Origin: an uncultured delta proteobacterium
GTDB taxonomy: Bacteria > Desulfobacterota > Binatia > UBA9968
Assembly: GCA_963804165.1 (NCBI GenBank)
Contig: CAWDPO010000009.1
Location: forward strand, 32,001-96,000
DNA: 64,000 nt
Reading direction: 5' to 3'
The notes beneath the pieces were generated by a model. That model saw nothing but the letters and a program-made list of their open reading frames with translations, did no database searches and was not told the origin of the DNA. Shown one piece after another: positions 20,594-30,244 of this stretch (the stretch's first letter is position 1; each line of letters starts with the position of its first letter). Position numbers and translations under genes: made by a program.

Positions 20594-22108
20594 ATGGCAC
20601 GACAGCCGGCATTGACAGAGGTAGCGGCCCAGAGTGAAGCGCGGACTGATAAGGCCTTAGCGGCGCCCAAAGATTTGCGCAGCTATCTGAAAAAACTGAT
20701 CGAGCACGATCCGAAACAACTGATGGTCGTCGAAAAAGAGATCGACCCGGTGTTCGAGGCGACGGCGATCGTCGACCAGATGCGCACCGACGGCCGCTAC
20801 CCCAACTATCCCGCAGTGTTGTTTCGCAAGATCAAAGGATCATCGATTCCACTGCTTATCAATCTCCAGGGAACGTACGAGCGGCTCGCGCTGGCCATCG
20901 ATTCGAACCTTCAGGGCATGGTGGAGGAGTTCGGCCGGCGGGAAAATTCGCCGGTGCCAATGAAGCGAATCGATCGATCCCACGCCCCGGTCAAAGAGAT
21001 CGTCTGGAAAGGGACCGAGGCCGACGTGACGAAGTTGCCGATCCTGCGCCATCAGGAGCTCGACTCCGGCAAATACATCACCTCGGCGGTTTTCATTCTG
21101 CGCGATCCGAAAACCGGCGTGCAAAATGCCGGCATCTATCGCTCGATGCTTCATGGTCCACACGAAGTCGGCTTCATGACCGGCGCGTTTCAGGGCGGCA
21201 ATTATATTCTCGTTGAGCACCGTGAACGCAAGCAGCCGATGCAGGTGGCGATGGCGATCGGGCATCATCCGTGCCTGCTGCTCGCGGGGACGACGAATCC
21301 TCCCGGCATGGGCGGTGAATTGGAAGTCGCCGGCGGGCTCCTGCAGCAGCCGCTGGAGGTTGTGCCGGGCGAGACCGTTGATCTCGACGTGCCCGCGCAC
21401 GCGGAAATCGTGATCGAAGGCGTGCTCGATCCAAGCCCGGAAAACATGCGTGAGGAAGGACCGTTCGGGGAATATCCGCGCTACTACACCGGCGTCGGTC
21501 CCTATCCGGTCATCAAAGTGACCGCAATCACCATGCGGCGCGATCCGATCTATGTCGATGTGTTCAACGCCAGTAGCGAACATTCGGCGATCGGTGGATT
21601 GGCGCGCATGGGTTTCTTGCTCAATCGCGCCCGTGACGTATGCCCTAATGTGAAAAATCTTTACCTGCCGATTTCCGGCGTCGCGCGTAATCATGCTTAC
21701 ATCTCGATGAAAAAAGTCGCTGACGGCGAGCCGCATCTTGCGGCCTTCAACGTCATGGCCTACAGCCCCGCGACCAAGCATGTATTTATCGTCGACGATG
21801 ACATCGACGTCACCAATGAAGCCGATGTGCTCTGGGCCCTGGCCACTCGATTCCAGGCCGACAAAGATCTCGTCGTGATCAATAATTCCATTGGCAGCCG
21901 ATTGAATCCGCCCACCTACGGCTACCGCCGCGATGAGAAGGGCACGCTTGAAACCAAGCTGATTTTTGATTGCACCAGACCACTGTCGGCAGGCAAATTC
22001 CCCGATGCGACCCGCGTGCCGCCGGACGTCAAAGCGCGCATGAACCCCGGCGATTACGTGCGGCCGTTATCTGAAGGAGACTTGGCCTACATCCGAGGAG
22101 GAAAATAG
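20594..22108 (+). CDS. UbiD-family (de)carboxylase
   Basis: DSGKYI, NAGIYR, EGPFGEY and IVDDDID. Confidence 0.92.
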   Translation: MARQPALTEVAAQSEARTDKALAAPKDLRSYLKKLIEHDPKQLMVVEKEIDPVFEATAIVDQMRTDGRYPNYPAVLFRKIKGSSIPLLINLQGTYERLALAIDSNLQGMVEEFGRRENSPVPMKRIDRSHAPVKEIVWKGTEADVTKLPILRHQELDSGKYITSAVFILRDPKTGVQNAGIYRSMLHGPHEVGFMTGAFQGGNYILVEHRERKQPMQVAMAIGHHPCLLLAGTTNPPGMGGELEVAGGLLQQPLEVVPGETVDLDVPAHAEIVIEGVLDPSPENMREEGPFGEYPRYYTGVGPYPVIKVTAITMRRDPIYVDVFNASSEHSAIGGLARMGFLLNRARDVCPNVKNLYLPISGVARNHAYISMKKVADGEPHLAAFNVMAYSPATKHVFIVDDDIDVTNEADVLWALATRFQADKDLVVINNSIGSRLNPPTYGYRRDEKGTLETKLIFDCTRPLSAGKFPDATRVPPDVKARMNPGDYVRPLSEGDLAYIRGGK

Positions 22109-23581
22109 ATGGCAAAGCCAGTGCCAGCCCAAGCCGCCGCTGATACCAGGTGGCGCGACTTGCGCGAATGGCTCGCGCGGGTGGATTCGCTCGGGGAAAT
22201 GAAACGAGTCACGGGCGCCAACTCCGAAGAAGATATCGGCGCCATCACCGAAATGCTCGATCATACCGAGGGAAGTCCATGTGTGCTCTTCGATGAGATT
22301 CCGAATTTCAAGCCGGGCTACCGAGTTCTGGTCAACAGCATGGGGTCGATCAAACGGCAAGCCGTTACTTTGGGACTCGATCCCGCCGAAGCCTCTCATG
22401 AACAGCTATTACAATTCTGGCGAGAGCGGTTGAAAGGCTTTGCGCCGATTCCGCCGGTGGTCGTCAAACGCGGAGCGGTTCAGGAAAATATACTCCGCGA
22501 TGGCGATGTAGACTTGAGTCAATTCCCTGCGCCGATCTGGCACCCAGGTGACGGCGGTCGCTTCATCGGTACGGCAAGCTTCAACATCATGCGCGATCCC
22601 GACACAGGCAGCATCAATGTCGGCACTTATCGCAATCAAGTATTCGACAAGAACGGTATCGGCATCCGCGCCGCGCCGCCGCACCACGGCGGCATCATCA
22701 AGGAAAAATATATGCAGCGCGGACAGCCCTGCCCGCTGGTCACCGTCGTCGGCTCCGATCCTCTGCTGTTTTTGGCTGCGTGCGTCGAAGGTCCGATCTA
22801 TGGCCAGAGTGAGCTGGACTGGGCGGGTGGCGTGCGCGGCGACGCCATTAAAGTCATCCAGGGCGAGATCACCGGACTGCCGATTCCGGCGCAAGCCGAG
22901 ATTGCTCTCGAGGGTTTCATTACGACGGACCAATTTACCAAAGAAGGGCCGTACGGTGAATGGATGGGCTACTATCAGGACGGCTATCAAAAAGAACGGA
23001 TTGTGCGCATTCATCGGATCTACCATCGTGACGATCCGATCATTCTAGGTTGTCCGCAGGGTAAGCCGCCGCACGAAGACAATCGTTTTCTGGTCTATCT
23101 GCGTTCCGGCATGATCTGGGACCAATTAGAAAAGGCCGGCGTACCCGGGGTGTGCGGCGTCTGGTGTCCACCCGAGGGCGGCAATCGCTTGATGACCGTC
23201 GTAGCGCTGGAGACTCAATATCTCGGCCATGCGAAACAAGCGGGACTGATCGCGTCGCAGTGCGGCGGGGGCATCGATATGAACCGGCTCACGGTGGTGG
23301 TCGATGATCACGTCGATGTGACCAGTATTCAAGACGTGGTCTGGGCGATTGTCGCTCGCTGTGATCCCGAACGCGGTGTCGAGATCATCAAGGACACGAA
23401 AGGCAGCCGGATTGATATGGCCATCGCGCCTGACCGGCGCGAGCTCAATGCCAACTCGCGCATGATCATCGATGCGACCACACCGTTCACGTGGAAGCAC
23501 CATCCGCTCGCCGGCGATATCATCAGCACTCCCGAGCGGACGCGAAAAATTCATGAACGGTGGGGTTGGATACTGGAGTAA
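22109..23581 (+). CDS. UbiD-family (de)carboxylase
   Basis: DLREWL, DGGRFIGT, NVGTYR and EGPYGEWMGYY; abuts the previous ubiD. Confidence 0.92.
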   Translation: MAKPVPAQAAADTRWRDLREWLARVDSLGEMKRVTGANSEEDIGAITEMLDHTEGSPCVLFDEIPNFKPGYRVLVNSMGSIKRQAVTLGLDPAEASHEQLLQFWRERLKGFAPIPPVVVKRGAVQENILRDGDVDLSQFPAPIWHPGDGGRFIGTASFNIMRDPDTGSINVGTYRNQVFDKNGIGIRAAPPHHGGIIKEKYMQRGQPCPLVTVVGSDPLLFLAACVEGPIYGQSELDWAGGVRGDAIKVIQGEITGLPIPAQAEIALEGFITTDQFTKEGPYGEWMGYYQDGYQKERIVRIHRIYHRDDPIILGCPQGKPPHEDNRFLVYLRSGMIWDQLEKAGVPGVCGVWCPPEGGNRLMTVVALETQYLGHAKQAGLIASQCGGGIDMNRLTVVVDDHVDVTSIQDVVWAIVARCDPERGVEIIKDTKGSRIDMAIAPDRRELNANSRMIIDATTPFTWKHHPLAGDIISTPERTRKIHERWGWILE

Positions 23582-23623
23582 GCAGAGACCAGTCAACGGT
23601 GCGAGATTTAGACCCTCTCCCTT

Positions 23624-23756
23624 GAGACTGTGTCGCAATAGCAAAACTCGTATAAATGTCATTCTGAGCGCCAGCGAAGAATCTCGCATTTTCCTGTCGC
23701 TTACGAAGACGAGATCCTTCGGCTATTGCCTCAGGATGACATTGCGACACAGTCTC
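23624..23756. mobile_element. 133-bp MITE (16-bp perfect TIRs, CTT target duplication) carrying a REP pair, inserted in another REP hairpin
   Basis: TIRs GAGACTGTGTCGCAAT and ATTGCGACACAGTCTC; CTT at 23621-23623 and 23757-23759. Excision restores CCCTCTCCCTTTGGGAGAGGG. Confidence 0.8.
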
Positions 23757-23898
23757 CTTTGGGAGAGGGTACGGGTGAGGGCAACTTCGGAACACGGAAT
23801 TCATCCTCACCTCAGTCCTCTCCCAGAGGGAAGGATGTAATTCAGCTACAAACCGGTTGCGTCGTCTTGAGCGCAGAATAGATCTACGAGGAAAACAC

Positions 23899-26205
23899 AT
23901 GGCGGTTGGGCAATCGATCAGCATGGTGGATTCACAGCTGCGGGTGAGCGGCAGCATCGACTACACTTTGAATTTCGAATTGCCGCGGATGCTCCATGCC
24001 TGCATGCTCCGTAGTCCCCACGCGCACGCGCGCGTTGTCAAAGTCGATGCCTCGCGGGCGGCAAAATTGCCAGGCGTAACCGCTGTGCTGACGCGCGATG
24101 ATCTGATCGGCGACCATATCGATCCCTATTTCGGTCTCATTCTTCAAGACCAGACGCCGGTGGCATTGGATCGAGTCCGCTTTGTCGGCGAGCCGGTGGC
24201 GGCCGTGGCCGCGGTAGACGCCGACACGGCGGCCGAGGCGCTGGAACTTATCGACGTCGAATACGAGGAGTTGCCGGCGGTGTTCGACGCCGAAGAAGCG
24301 CTAAAGCCCGGAGCGCCATTACTCTACCCTGGGCCGCGTCGGATAATTCCCGGGCGCCCCGATGTCACTGCGCGTTCTCTGGAAGGGTCCAATATCGTCC
24401 ACCTCTTCAAGCAGCGTAAAGGCGATCTCGACCGAGGCTTTCGCGAATCCGATCAGGTTTTCGAGAACACGTTTGCTTCGCCCGCGGTCAATCACGTCGC
24501 GCTCGAACCCCACGTCGTCGTGGCCCAGGTAACCGATGGGCGAATCACGGTGTGGACATGCAATCAGAATCCACATGTCATCCAACGCCAATTGGCGGGC
24601 ATTTTCAAAGTTTCCATCGCCGACGTGCGCGTGATCGTGTTTACTCTCGGCGGCGGCTTCGGCGGCAAGCTCAATTCCAAACTGGAACCGGCCGCGGTGA
24701 TCTTGGCGAAGAAAACCGGGCGGCCGGTGCGGATCGTGGCCCGACGCGCCGAGTGCTTTTTGCTCGGCGTCCAGCATGAGTGCAAGATCAAGCTTAAAAC
24801 CGGAGTCAAACGGGACGGCACTTTGATGGCGATGGAAGCGCTCTGCTATTACAACTCCGGCGCTTACGGCGACACTTCGCCCAATTTGATTACCCGCGGC
24901 TACGCCGCGACCGGGCCCTACCGCGTGCCTCATCTCTACATGGATTCGTACGGTGTCTATACCAACACCGCGCCGTCGGCGGCGTTTCGCGGTTACGGCA
25001 TTACGCAGGTGGCGTGGGCCCATGAGACACAGATGGATATCATCGCCGATGCGTTGGCTCTCGATCCGGTTGAGTTGAGGCTTAAGAACGTTTTACAAAA
25101 GGGCGACTCTTTTACCACCGGTGAGCCGATGCCGGAAATGCATTATGACGAACTGATCGCCTCGGCTGTTGAAAAAATCGGCTGGAACAAGGGTCCGCTG
25201 GTGGTGCGCCAAGATAATAAGATTCGCGCCAAAGGCATCGGCGTCATCGTCAAAGGCATGGCCACGCCGACCACGTCGACGTCGACCGTCAAGCTGAACG
25301 CCGACGGCAGCCTCAATGTTCTCACCAGCTCCGTCGAGATGGGTCAGGGTTTAAAAACCGCCCTGGCACAGATCGCCGCCAGCGAAATTAGCTTACCGGT
25401 GCAAAGGGTGCGCATTTCCGAACCCGACACGGCCTTCACTCCCTTCGATCTAATGACTGCGGCAAGCCGGGCGACGTTTTGCATGGGCACGGCGATTCGG
25501 GAAGCGATCGAGGACGTCAAGAATCAACTGCGCGACATCGCGGCCGCTCATCTCGAAGCGAACAAGGAAGATCTGGTGTTGCAAGACGGCAAGATCATGG
25601 TCCGCGGCGTTGCCGGCAAATCGCTCTCCTACGTTGATGCGATTCGCATGAGCAAGGCGAACAATCTTTTGGGACACGGCGTTTTTGTTTCCGGATCGGG
25701 CCCTGACGGCAGCCCGGTGGTAATGGACTTTGAGACCGGTCAGGGTTACGGCTCGGCGGAATGGCATCCCGCAGTGGTCGTCTGTGAGGTGGAAGTCGAT
25801 ACGCAAACCGGACAAGTCACCGTGCCGCGCATCCATGCTGAACTTTACGCCGGCAAAATAATCAATCCGCGCCTTTGCGAGTTGCAGATCGAGGGGGCGA
25901 CCACCTTCGGCCTCGGACAAGTGCTCTTCGAGGAAGTCATTCAGGACACCAATGGGAGCATCACCAATCCGAACCTTTCGGACTATATGATCCCCTCTTT
26001 TCAAGATGTGCCGGCTCAGCTGACCGTTCATATGCTCGAGCCGCACGGCGTAACCGATGTTCATGGCGTAGGCGAAACCGCCATACCTCCGGCGCGGCCC
26101 GCGATCGGTAACGCGATTAGCCGGGCGGTTGGCTTTCATTTTCTCGACTTGCCGATCACGCCTGAGAAGATACTGCGCGCTCTCGAAAAGCAAAGGAGCG
26201 GCTAA
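23899..26205 (+). CDS. Xanthine dehydrogenase-family molybdopterin-binding (large) subunit
   Basis: LRSPHAHA, GGGFGGK, AFRGYG, EMGQG and HGVGE. Confidence 0.93.
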   Translation: MAVGQSISMVDSQLRVSGSIDYTLNFELPRMLHACMLRSPHAHARVVKVDASRAAKLPGVTAVLTRDDLIGDHIDPYFGLILQDQTPVALDRVRFVGEPVAAVAAVDADTAAEALELIDVEYEELPAVFDAEEALKPGAPLLYPGPRRIIPGRPDVTARSLEGSNIVHLFKQRKGDLDRGFRESDQVFENTFASPAVNHVALEPHVVVAQVTDGRITVWTCNQNPHVIQRQLAGIFKVSIADVRVIVFTLGGGFGGKLNSKLEPAAVILAKKTGRPVRIVARRAECFLLGVQHECKIKLKTGVKRDGTLMAMEALCYYNSGAYGDTSPNLITRGYAATGPYRVPHLYMDSYGVYTNTAPSAAFRGYGITQVAWAHETQMDIIADALALDPVELRLKNVLQKGDSFTTGEPMPEMHYDELIASAVEKIGWNKGPLVVRQDNKIRAKGIGVIVKGMATPTTSTSTVKLNADGSLNVLTSSVEMGQGLKTALAQIAASEISLPVQRVRISEPDTAFTPFDLMTAASRATFCMGTAIREAIEDVKNQLRDIAAAHLEANKEDLVLQDGKIMVRGVAGKSLSYVDAIRMSKANNLLGHGVFVSGSGPDGSPVVMDFETGQGYGSAEWHPAVVVCEVEVDTQTGQVTVPRIHAELYAGKIINPRLCELQIEGATTFGLGQVLFEEVIQDTNGSITNPNLSDYMIPSFQDVPAQLTVHMLEPHGVTDVHGVGETAIPPARPAIGNAISRAVGFHFLDLPITPEKILRALEKQRSG

Positions 26206-26242
26206 GGACACACAGCGGAATCAACCGCAAAGAACGCGAATT

Positions 26243-26270
26243 GTAGGGGCGCAGCATGCTGCGCCCTGCC
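26243..26270. repeat. GTAG-family REP palindrome
   Basis: GTAGGGGCGCAGCATGCTGCGCCCTGC. Confidence 0.7.
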
Positions 26271-26298
26271 GAGATCGCGAGAGGATCGGCCGACTATC

Positions 26299-27162
26299 AT
26301 GCCAAACTTAAAACTCTTGCAGCCAACTTCGCTCAACGAAGCCGTGTCACTGCTGGGCGAACGGAGCGACGAGACCAAGATCGTCTCAGGCGGCACGGCG
26401 CTGGTGATCATGCTGCGAAACCGGCTGATTGCGCCGGCGACGCTGCTCAGCTTAGGCCGGTTGCAAGAGCTGCGCAGTATCCGTCATGAGGCCGGCACCG
26501 GTCTCAGAATCGGCGCGTTGGTGACTATCCGTGAAGCTGAGATTTCTCCCATTGTCCGCGAGAAACATCCCACTCTGGCTCACACATTCGGCAAAGTGGG
26601 CAACATCCGCATCCGCAATGCTGCCACGGTCGGCGGTAATTTAAGCGAGGCCGATTACGCCTCGGATCCTCCCTGCGTGCTGGTTGCGCTGCGCGCGAGA
26701 GTCAAGGCGCGAAGCGTTAAGGGAGAGCGAGAAATTCCGTTGACGGATTTTTTTAAAGGTTTCTATGAAACGGCTCTGGCGCCGGATGAAATTCTCACCG
26801 AACTGATTGTTCCCGATCAAGCGCCCGGCAGCCATGCGACGTATCTGAAGTACGTTTCGCGATCGTCCGAGGATCGTCCCTGTGTCGGTATGGCGGTGGT
26901 CCTAGAAAACGAATCGGACGGAAGTTGCAAAGATCTCCGTTTGGTCGCGGGAGCGGTGTCAGAAACTCCCCAAGAAATTGCATCCGGCGAGACGATGGCG
27001 CGGGGCAAGCACTTGAGCGATTCATTGATCGAAGAGATCGCCGACGCATACTCGACGGGCATCGAGCCGCTTTCGGACTTACGGGGCTCGGCCTGGTATC
27101 GGCAACAGATCATTCGCGTTATGGCGCGACGGGCGATGCAACAGGTATCGGCAGGAAATTAA
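26299..27162 (+). CDS. Xanthine dehydrogenase-family FAD-binding (medium) subunit
   Basis: SGGTAL, IRNAATVGGN and DLRGSAWYR. Confidence 0.92.
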   Translation: MPNLKLLQPTSLNEAVSLLGERSDETKIVSGGTALVIMLRNRLIAPATLLSLGRLQELRSIRHEAGTGLRIGALVTIREAEISPIVREKHPTLAHTFGKVGNIRIRNAATVGGNLSEADYASDPPCVLVALRARVKARSVKGEREIPLTDFFKGFYETALAPDEILTELIVPDQAPGSHATYLKYVSRSSEDRPCVGMAVVLENESDGSCKDLRLVAGAVSETPQEIASGETMARGKHLSDSLIEEIADAYSTGIEPLSDLRGSAWYRQQIIRVMARRAMQQVSAGN

Positions 27163-27286
27163 TGTTTCATCGGATAGAACTTTCCCCCTTTGCAAAAGGG
27201 GGATTTCTCTCGAGAATCTCCCGTGTCTCCTCTTTGCCGAGAGACCTTGCGTTAAGCGAATCTTAGAGTAAAGGAGAAATTTCACT

Positions 27287-29611
27287 TTGTCCGTCGGTCA
27301 AACATTGCCCATGCTCGATGCCGAAGAGCGCGTCACGGGGCTCATCAACTACACGCTCAATATCGAGCTGCCCGGGATGCTGCGCGGCAAGATTTTGCGC
27401 AGCCCCGTGCCGCATGCGCGTGTCGTGCACGTAAGTGCGACCCAGGCGGAACGGCTCACGGGAGTTCGGGCGGTGCTGACGCGGGGCGATTTCGGGTTGC
27501 AGACGGGTTATACCGGCAAGTACGGACGAATCTTTCGCGATCAGTCGGTGGTCGCCTTTGACAAAGTTCGCTTTGTGGGCGATCCGGTGGCGGCGGTGGC
27601 GGCGGTGAACGAAGACGTCGCGGAGGAGGCGTTGTCCCTCATCAACGTTGACTACGAAGAACTGCCAGCGGTGTTCGATGAAGCGGAGGCGCTCAAGCCC
27701 GGCGCGCCTCTAGTGCACGATCCTCGGCCCGAGCAGCAGCCGATTTTCAGCAAGTTAATTCGGGATCTTCCCGGCGGCAGCAATCTGTGCAGCCACTTCA
27801 AGCTGCGCCACGGCGACGTCGAACACGGTTTTCGGCGAGCCGATTTTGTCTTCGAAGATGTCTTTCGTTCACCGCCGGCACAGCATGTTCCGCTCGAGCC
27901 ACACGTAACCGTCGCGCAATTGTTTCAGGGCAAACTGACCTTGTGGACTTCGACGCAGATGCCGCACGCGGTTCGTTCGCAAATGGCTGAGCTATTCAAT
28001 CTACCGCAGGCGCGGGTCAGGGTAATCGTCGAGACTTTAGGCGGTGGATTCGGCTCGAAAGGTTCGCTTAGATTAGAGCCGATTACGGCGTTCCTGGCGC
28101 TCAAGGCGAATCGACCGGTGAAAATCGTCCTGAGCAGGGAGGAAGAATTTGTCACGGTGTGTAAACACCCGGCTACTATCCGGATCAAAACCGGCGTGAT
28201 GAAAGACGGCAGCCTGGTCGCCCGCCAGGTGACCGCCGACTTTAACACCGGCGCTTACAGCGATATCGGTCCCGTCGTCGCGCGCAACGGCGGCTCGGCG
28301 ATGTCGGGACCTTATAAAATTCCTCACGTGCGCATCGACTCCCGCGCAGTTTGGACCAACATCGTGCCGGCGGGGGCACTGCGCGGCTTTGGTGTGCCGC
28401 AAGCCGTGTGGGCTTATGAGAGCCAGATGGATATGATCGCGGAACGCCTCGGGATTGATCCACTGGAATTTCGCCACAAAAATTTGCTGCGGGATCACGA
28501 TTTATTCGCCACCGGAGAAGAACTGGCTGACATGCACTTTGATGAGCTCCTCGATCGAGCTGCGGCCGGCGTGAACTGGTCATTTCGCGACATCTCTTGG
28601 CTTAACCGAGATCTCTCCGCGAATAAGGGAAGTGCGCTGCGCCGCGGCAAGGGATTGGCGCTGGTCATCAAGGCAACTATCACACCTTCGACTTCAGCGG
28701 CAGCGCTAAAGTTAAATGAAGACGGCAGTCTCAATGTTTTGACCAGTAGCGTGGAGTGCGGCCAGGGCGCAAAAACAGTATTAGCGCAGATCGCCGCGCA
28801 TGCCATGGAAGTGCCGATAAGCTGCGTATCGGTTTCCGACCCGGACACCGACCTTACGCCCTACGATCAACAAACCAGTTCCAGTCGAACGACTTACTCG
28901 ATGGGTGGGGCAATTGGTAAGTCCGCCGCCGACCTGAAGCGCCAATTATTGGATTATGCGGCAGAGATCCTCGAAGCATCGGTGAATGATCTGATTTTAG
29001 AAAACGGCAGGATAACGGTTCGAGGTAGCTCCAACCGTTCGCTCGGCTATGGCGAGATTGTGCAGCGCAGCAATCAGGGTAACCTCATCGGCCGCGGCGC
29101 CTTTAGCACGCGGGGCGGCTTAGACATGGAAACCGGACAGGGTATCGGATCGGTCCACTGGCACCAGGGGGCCATTGGTTGCGAAGTGGAAGTCGATGTC
29201 GAAACCGGCAAAATAAAAGTCCTGTCCTTGAGTCCAAGCGTCTTCGCCGGGCGCGTCGTTAACCCGCGCCTATGCGAGCTGCAACTGGAAGGTTGCGCGG
29301 TTTTTGGTTTCGGGCAGGCGCTTTTCGAGGAAATGAGTTACGACGATCACGGCCAACTGCTTAACCCAAACCTGGGCGATTACAACCTTCCCTCTTTCGA
29401 GGACATTCCAAAGAAACTAAATCTGCACGCCCTGGAACACGCCGGATCGGAGGATCTCCACGGGATCGGCGAGACGCTATTGCCGCCGGTCATGGCGGCT
29501 ATCGGAAACGCTGTTTACAACGCGGTGGGGGTGCGCATTCGGGATCTTCCTCTCACGGCGGAAAAAATATTGCGGGAACTGGGTCGGGCTGGCGCTTCAT
29601 CACCGCAGTAG
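27287..29611 (+). CDS. Xanthine dehydrogenase-family molybdopterin-binding (large) subunit, paralog of 23899-26205
   Basis: GGGFGSK, ALRGFG, ECGQG and HGIGE; TTG start. Confidence 0.93.
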   Translation: MSVGQTLPMLDAEERVTGLINYTLNIELPGMLRGKILRSPVPHARVVHVSATQAERLTGVRAVLTRGDFGLQTGYTGKYGRIFRDQSVVAFDKVRFVGDPVAAVAAVNEDVAEEALSLINVDYEELPAVFDEAEALKPGAPLVHDPRPEQQPIFSKLIRDLPGGSNLCSHFKLRHGDVEHGFRRADFVFEDVFRSPPAQHVPLEPHVTVAQLFQGKLTLWTSTQMPHAVRSQMAELFNLPQARVRVIVETLGGGFGSKGSLRLEPITAFLALKANRPVKIVLSREEEFVTVCKHPATIRIKTGVMKDGSLVARQVTADFNTGAYSDIGPVVARNGGSAMSGPYKIPHVRIDSRAVWTNIVPAGALRGFGVPQAVWAYESQMDMIAERLGIDPLEFRHKNLLRDHDLFATGEELADMHFDELLDRAAAGVNWSFRDISWLNRDLSANKGSALRRGKGLALVIKATITPSTSAAALKLNEDGSLNVLTSSVECGQGAKTVLAQIAAHAMEVPISCVSVSDPDTDLTPYDQQTSSSRTTYSMGGAIGKSAADLKRQLLDYAAEILEASVNDLILENGRITVRGSSNRSLGYGEIVQRSNQGNLIGRGAFSTRGGLDMETGQGIGSVHWHQGAIGCEVEVDVETGKIKVLSLSPSVFAGRVVNPRLCELQLEGCAVFGFGQALFEEMSYDDHGQLLNPNLGDYNLPSFEDIPKKLNLHALEHAGSEDLHGIGETLLPPVMAAIGNAVYNAVGVRIRDLPLTAEKILRELGRAGASSPQ

Positions 29612-29638
29612 AAGTTCTTCACGGCACTGAGGTTGAAA

Positions 29639-30139
29639 ATGAAACAAATCATCAAGCTCAACGTTAACGGCAGCGAAGAAGAAAAAGCGGTGCACACCCA
29701 TCATACTTTGCTGGAAGTATTGCGCGACGAATACAAATTATTTGGCGCTCGTGAAGGCTGCGGTATCGGCATGTGCGGCGCGTGCACCGTGCTCATCGAC
29801 GGCAAACCGACCAGTTCCTGCCTTCTCCTCGCCGCTTTGGCCGAAAACAGAGAGATTGTCACCATCGAGGGACTTGGCGAGCCGGGCAAATTGCATCCCA
29901 TTCAGCAGGCCTTTATAGATCACAATGCGTTTCAGTGTTCCTATTGCACGCCGGGTTTTATCTTGAGCACGAAAACCCTCCTGGCGGAGAATCCTAGCCC
30001 GACGGTAGAGGAAATCCGCCATTACCTAGCGGGAAATCTATGCCGTTGCGGTAGTTATTATAAAATTCAGGATGCGGTGCTGGATGCCGCGGCGCGCTTG
30101 CGCGGCGAAGGCTCCAACCCGGCGCGCCCGACATCGTAG
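29639..30139 (+). CDS. (2Fe-2S)-binding small subunit (CoxS/XdhC-like)
   Basis: CGIGMCGAC, QCSYCTPG and NLCRC. Confidence 0.93.
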   Translation: MKQIIKLNVNGSEEEKAVHTHHTLLEVLRDEYKLFGAREGCGIGMCGACTVLIDGKPTSSCLLLAALAENREIVTIEGLGEPGKLHPIQQAFIDHNAFQCSYCTPGFILSTKTLLAENPSPTVEEIRHYLAGNLCRCGSYYKIQDAVLDAAARLRGEGSNPARPTS

Positions 30140-30244
30140 GCCAGGATGCTTGCGTTTGTGTGACGTTGAGAGCTCGAAGAGATCGAAATCCTTGGTTCAC
30201 TCATGGCGACTTTAATGAAAGCGAGATCAAGAGGAGGATATGAG

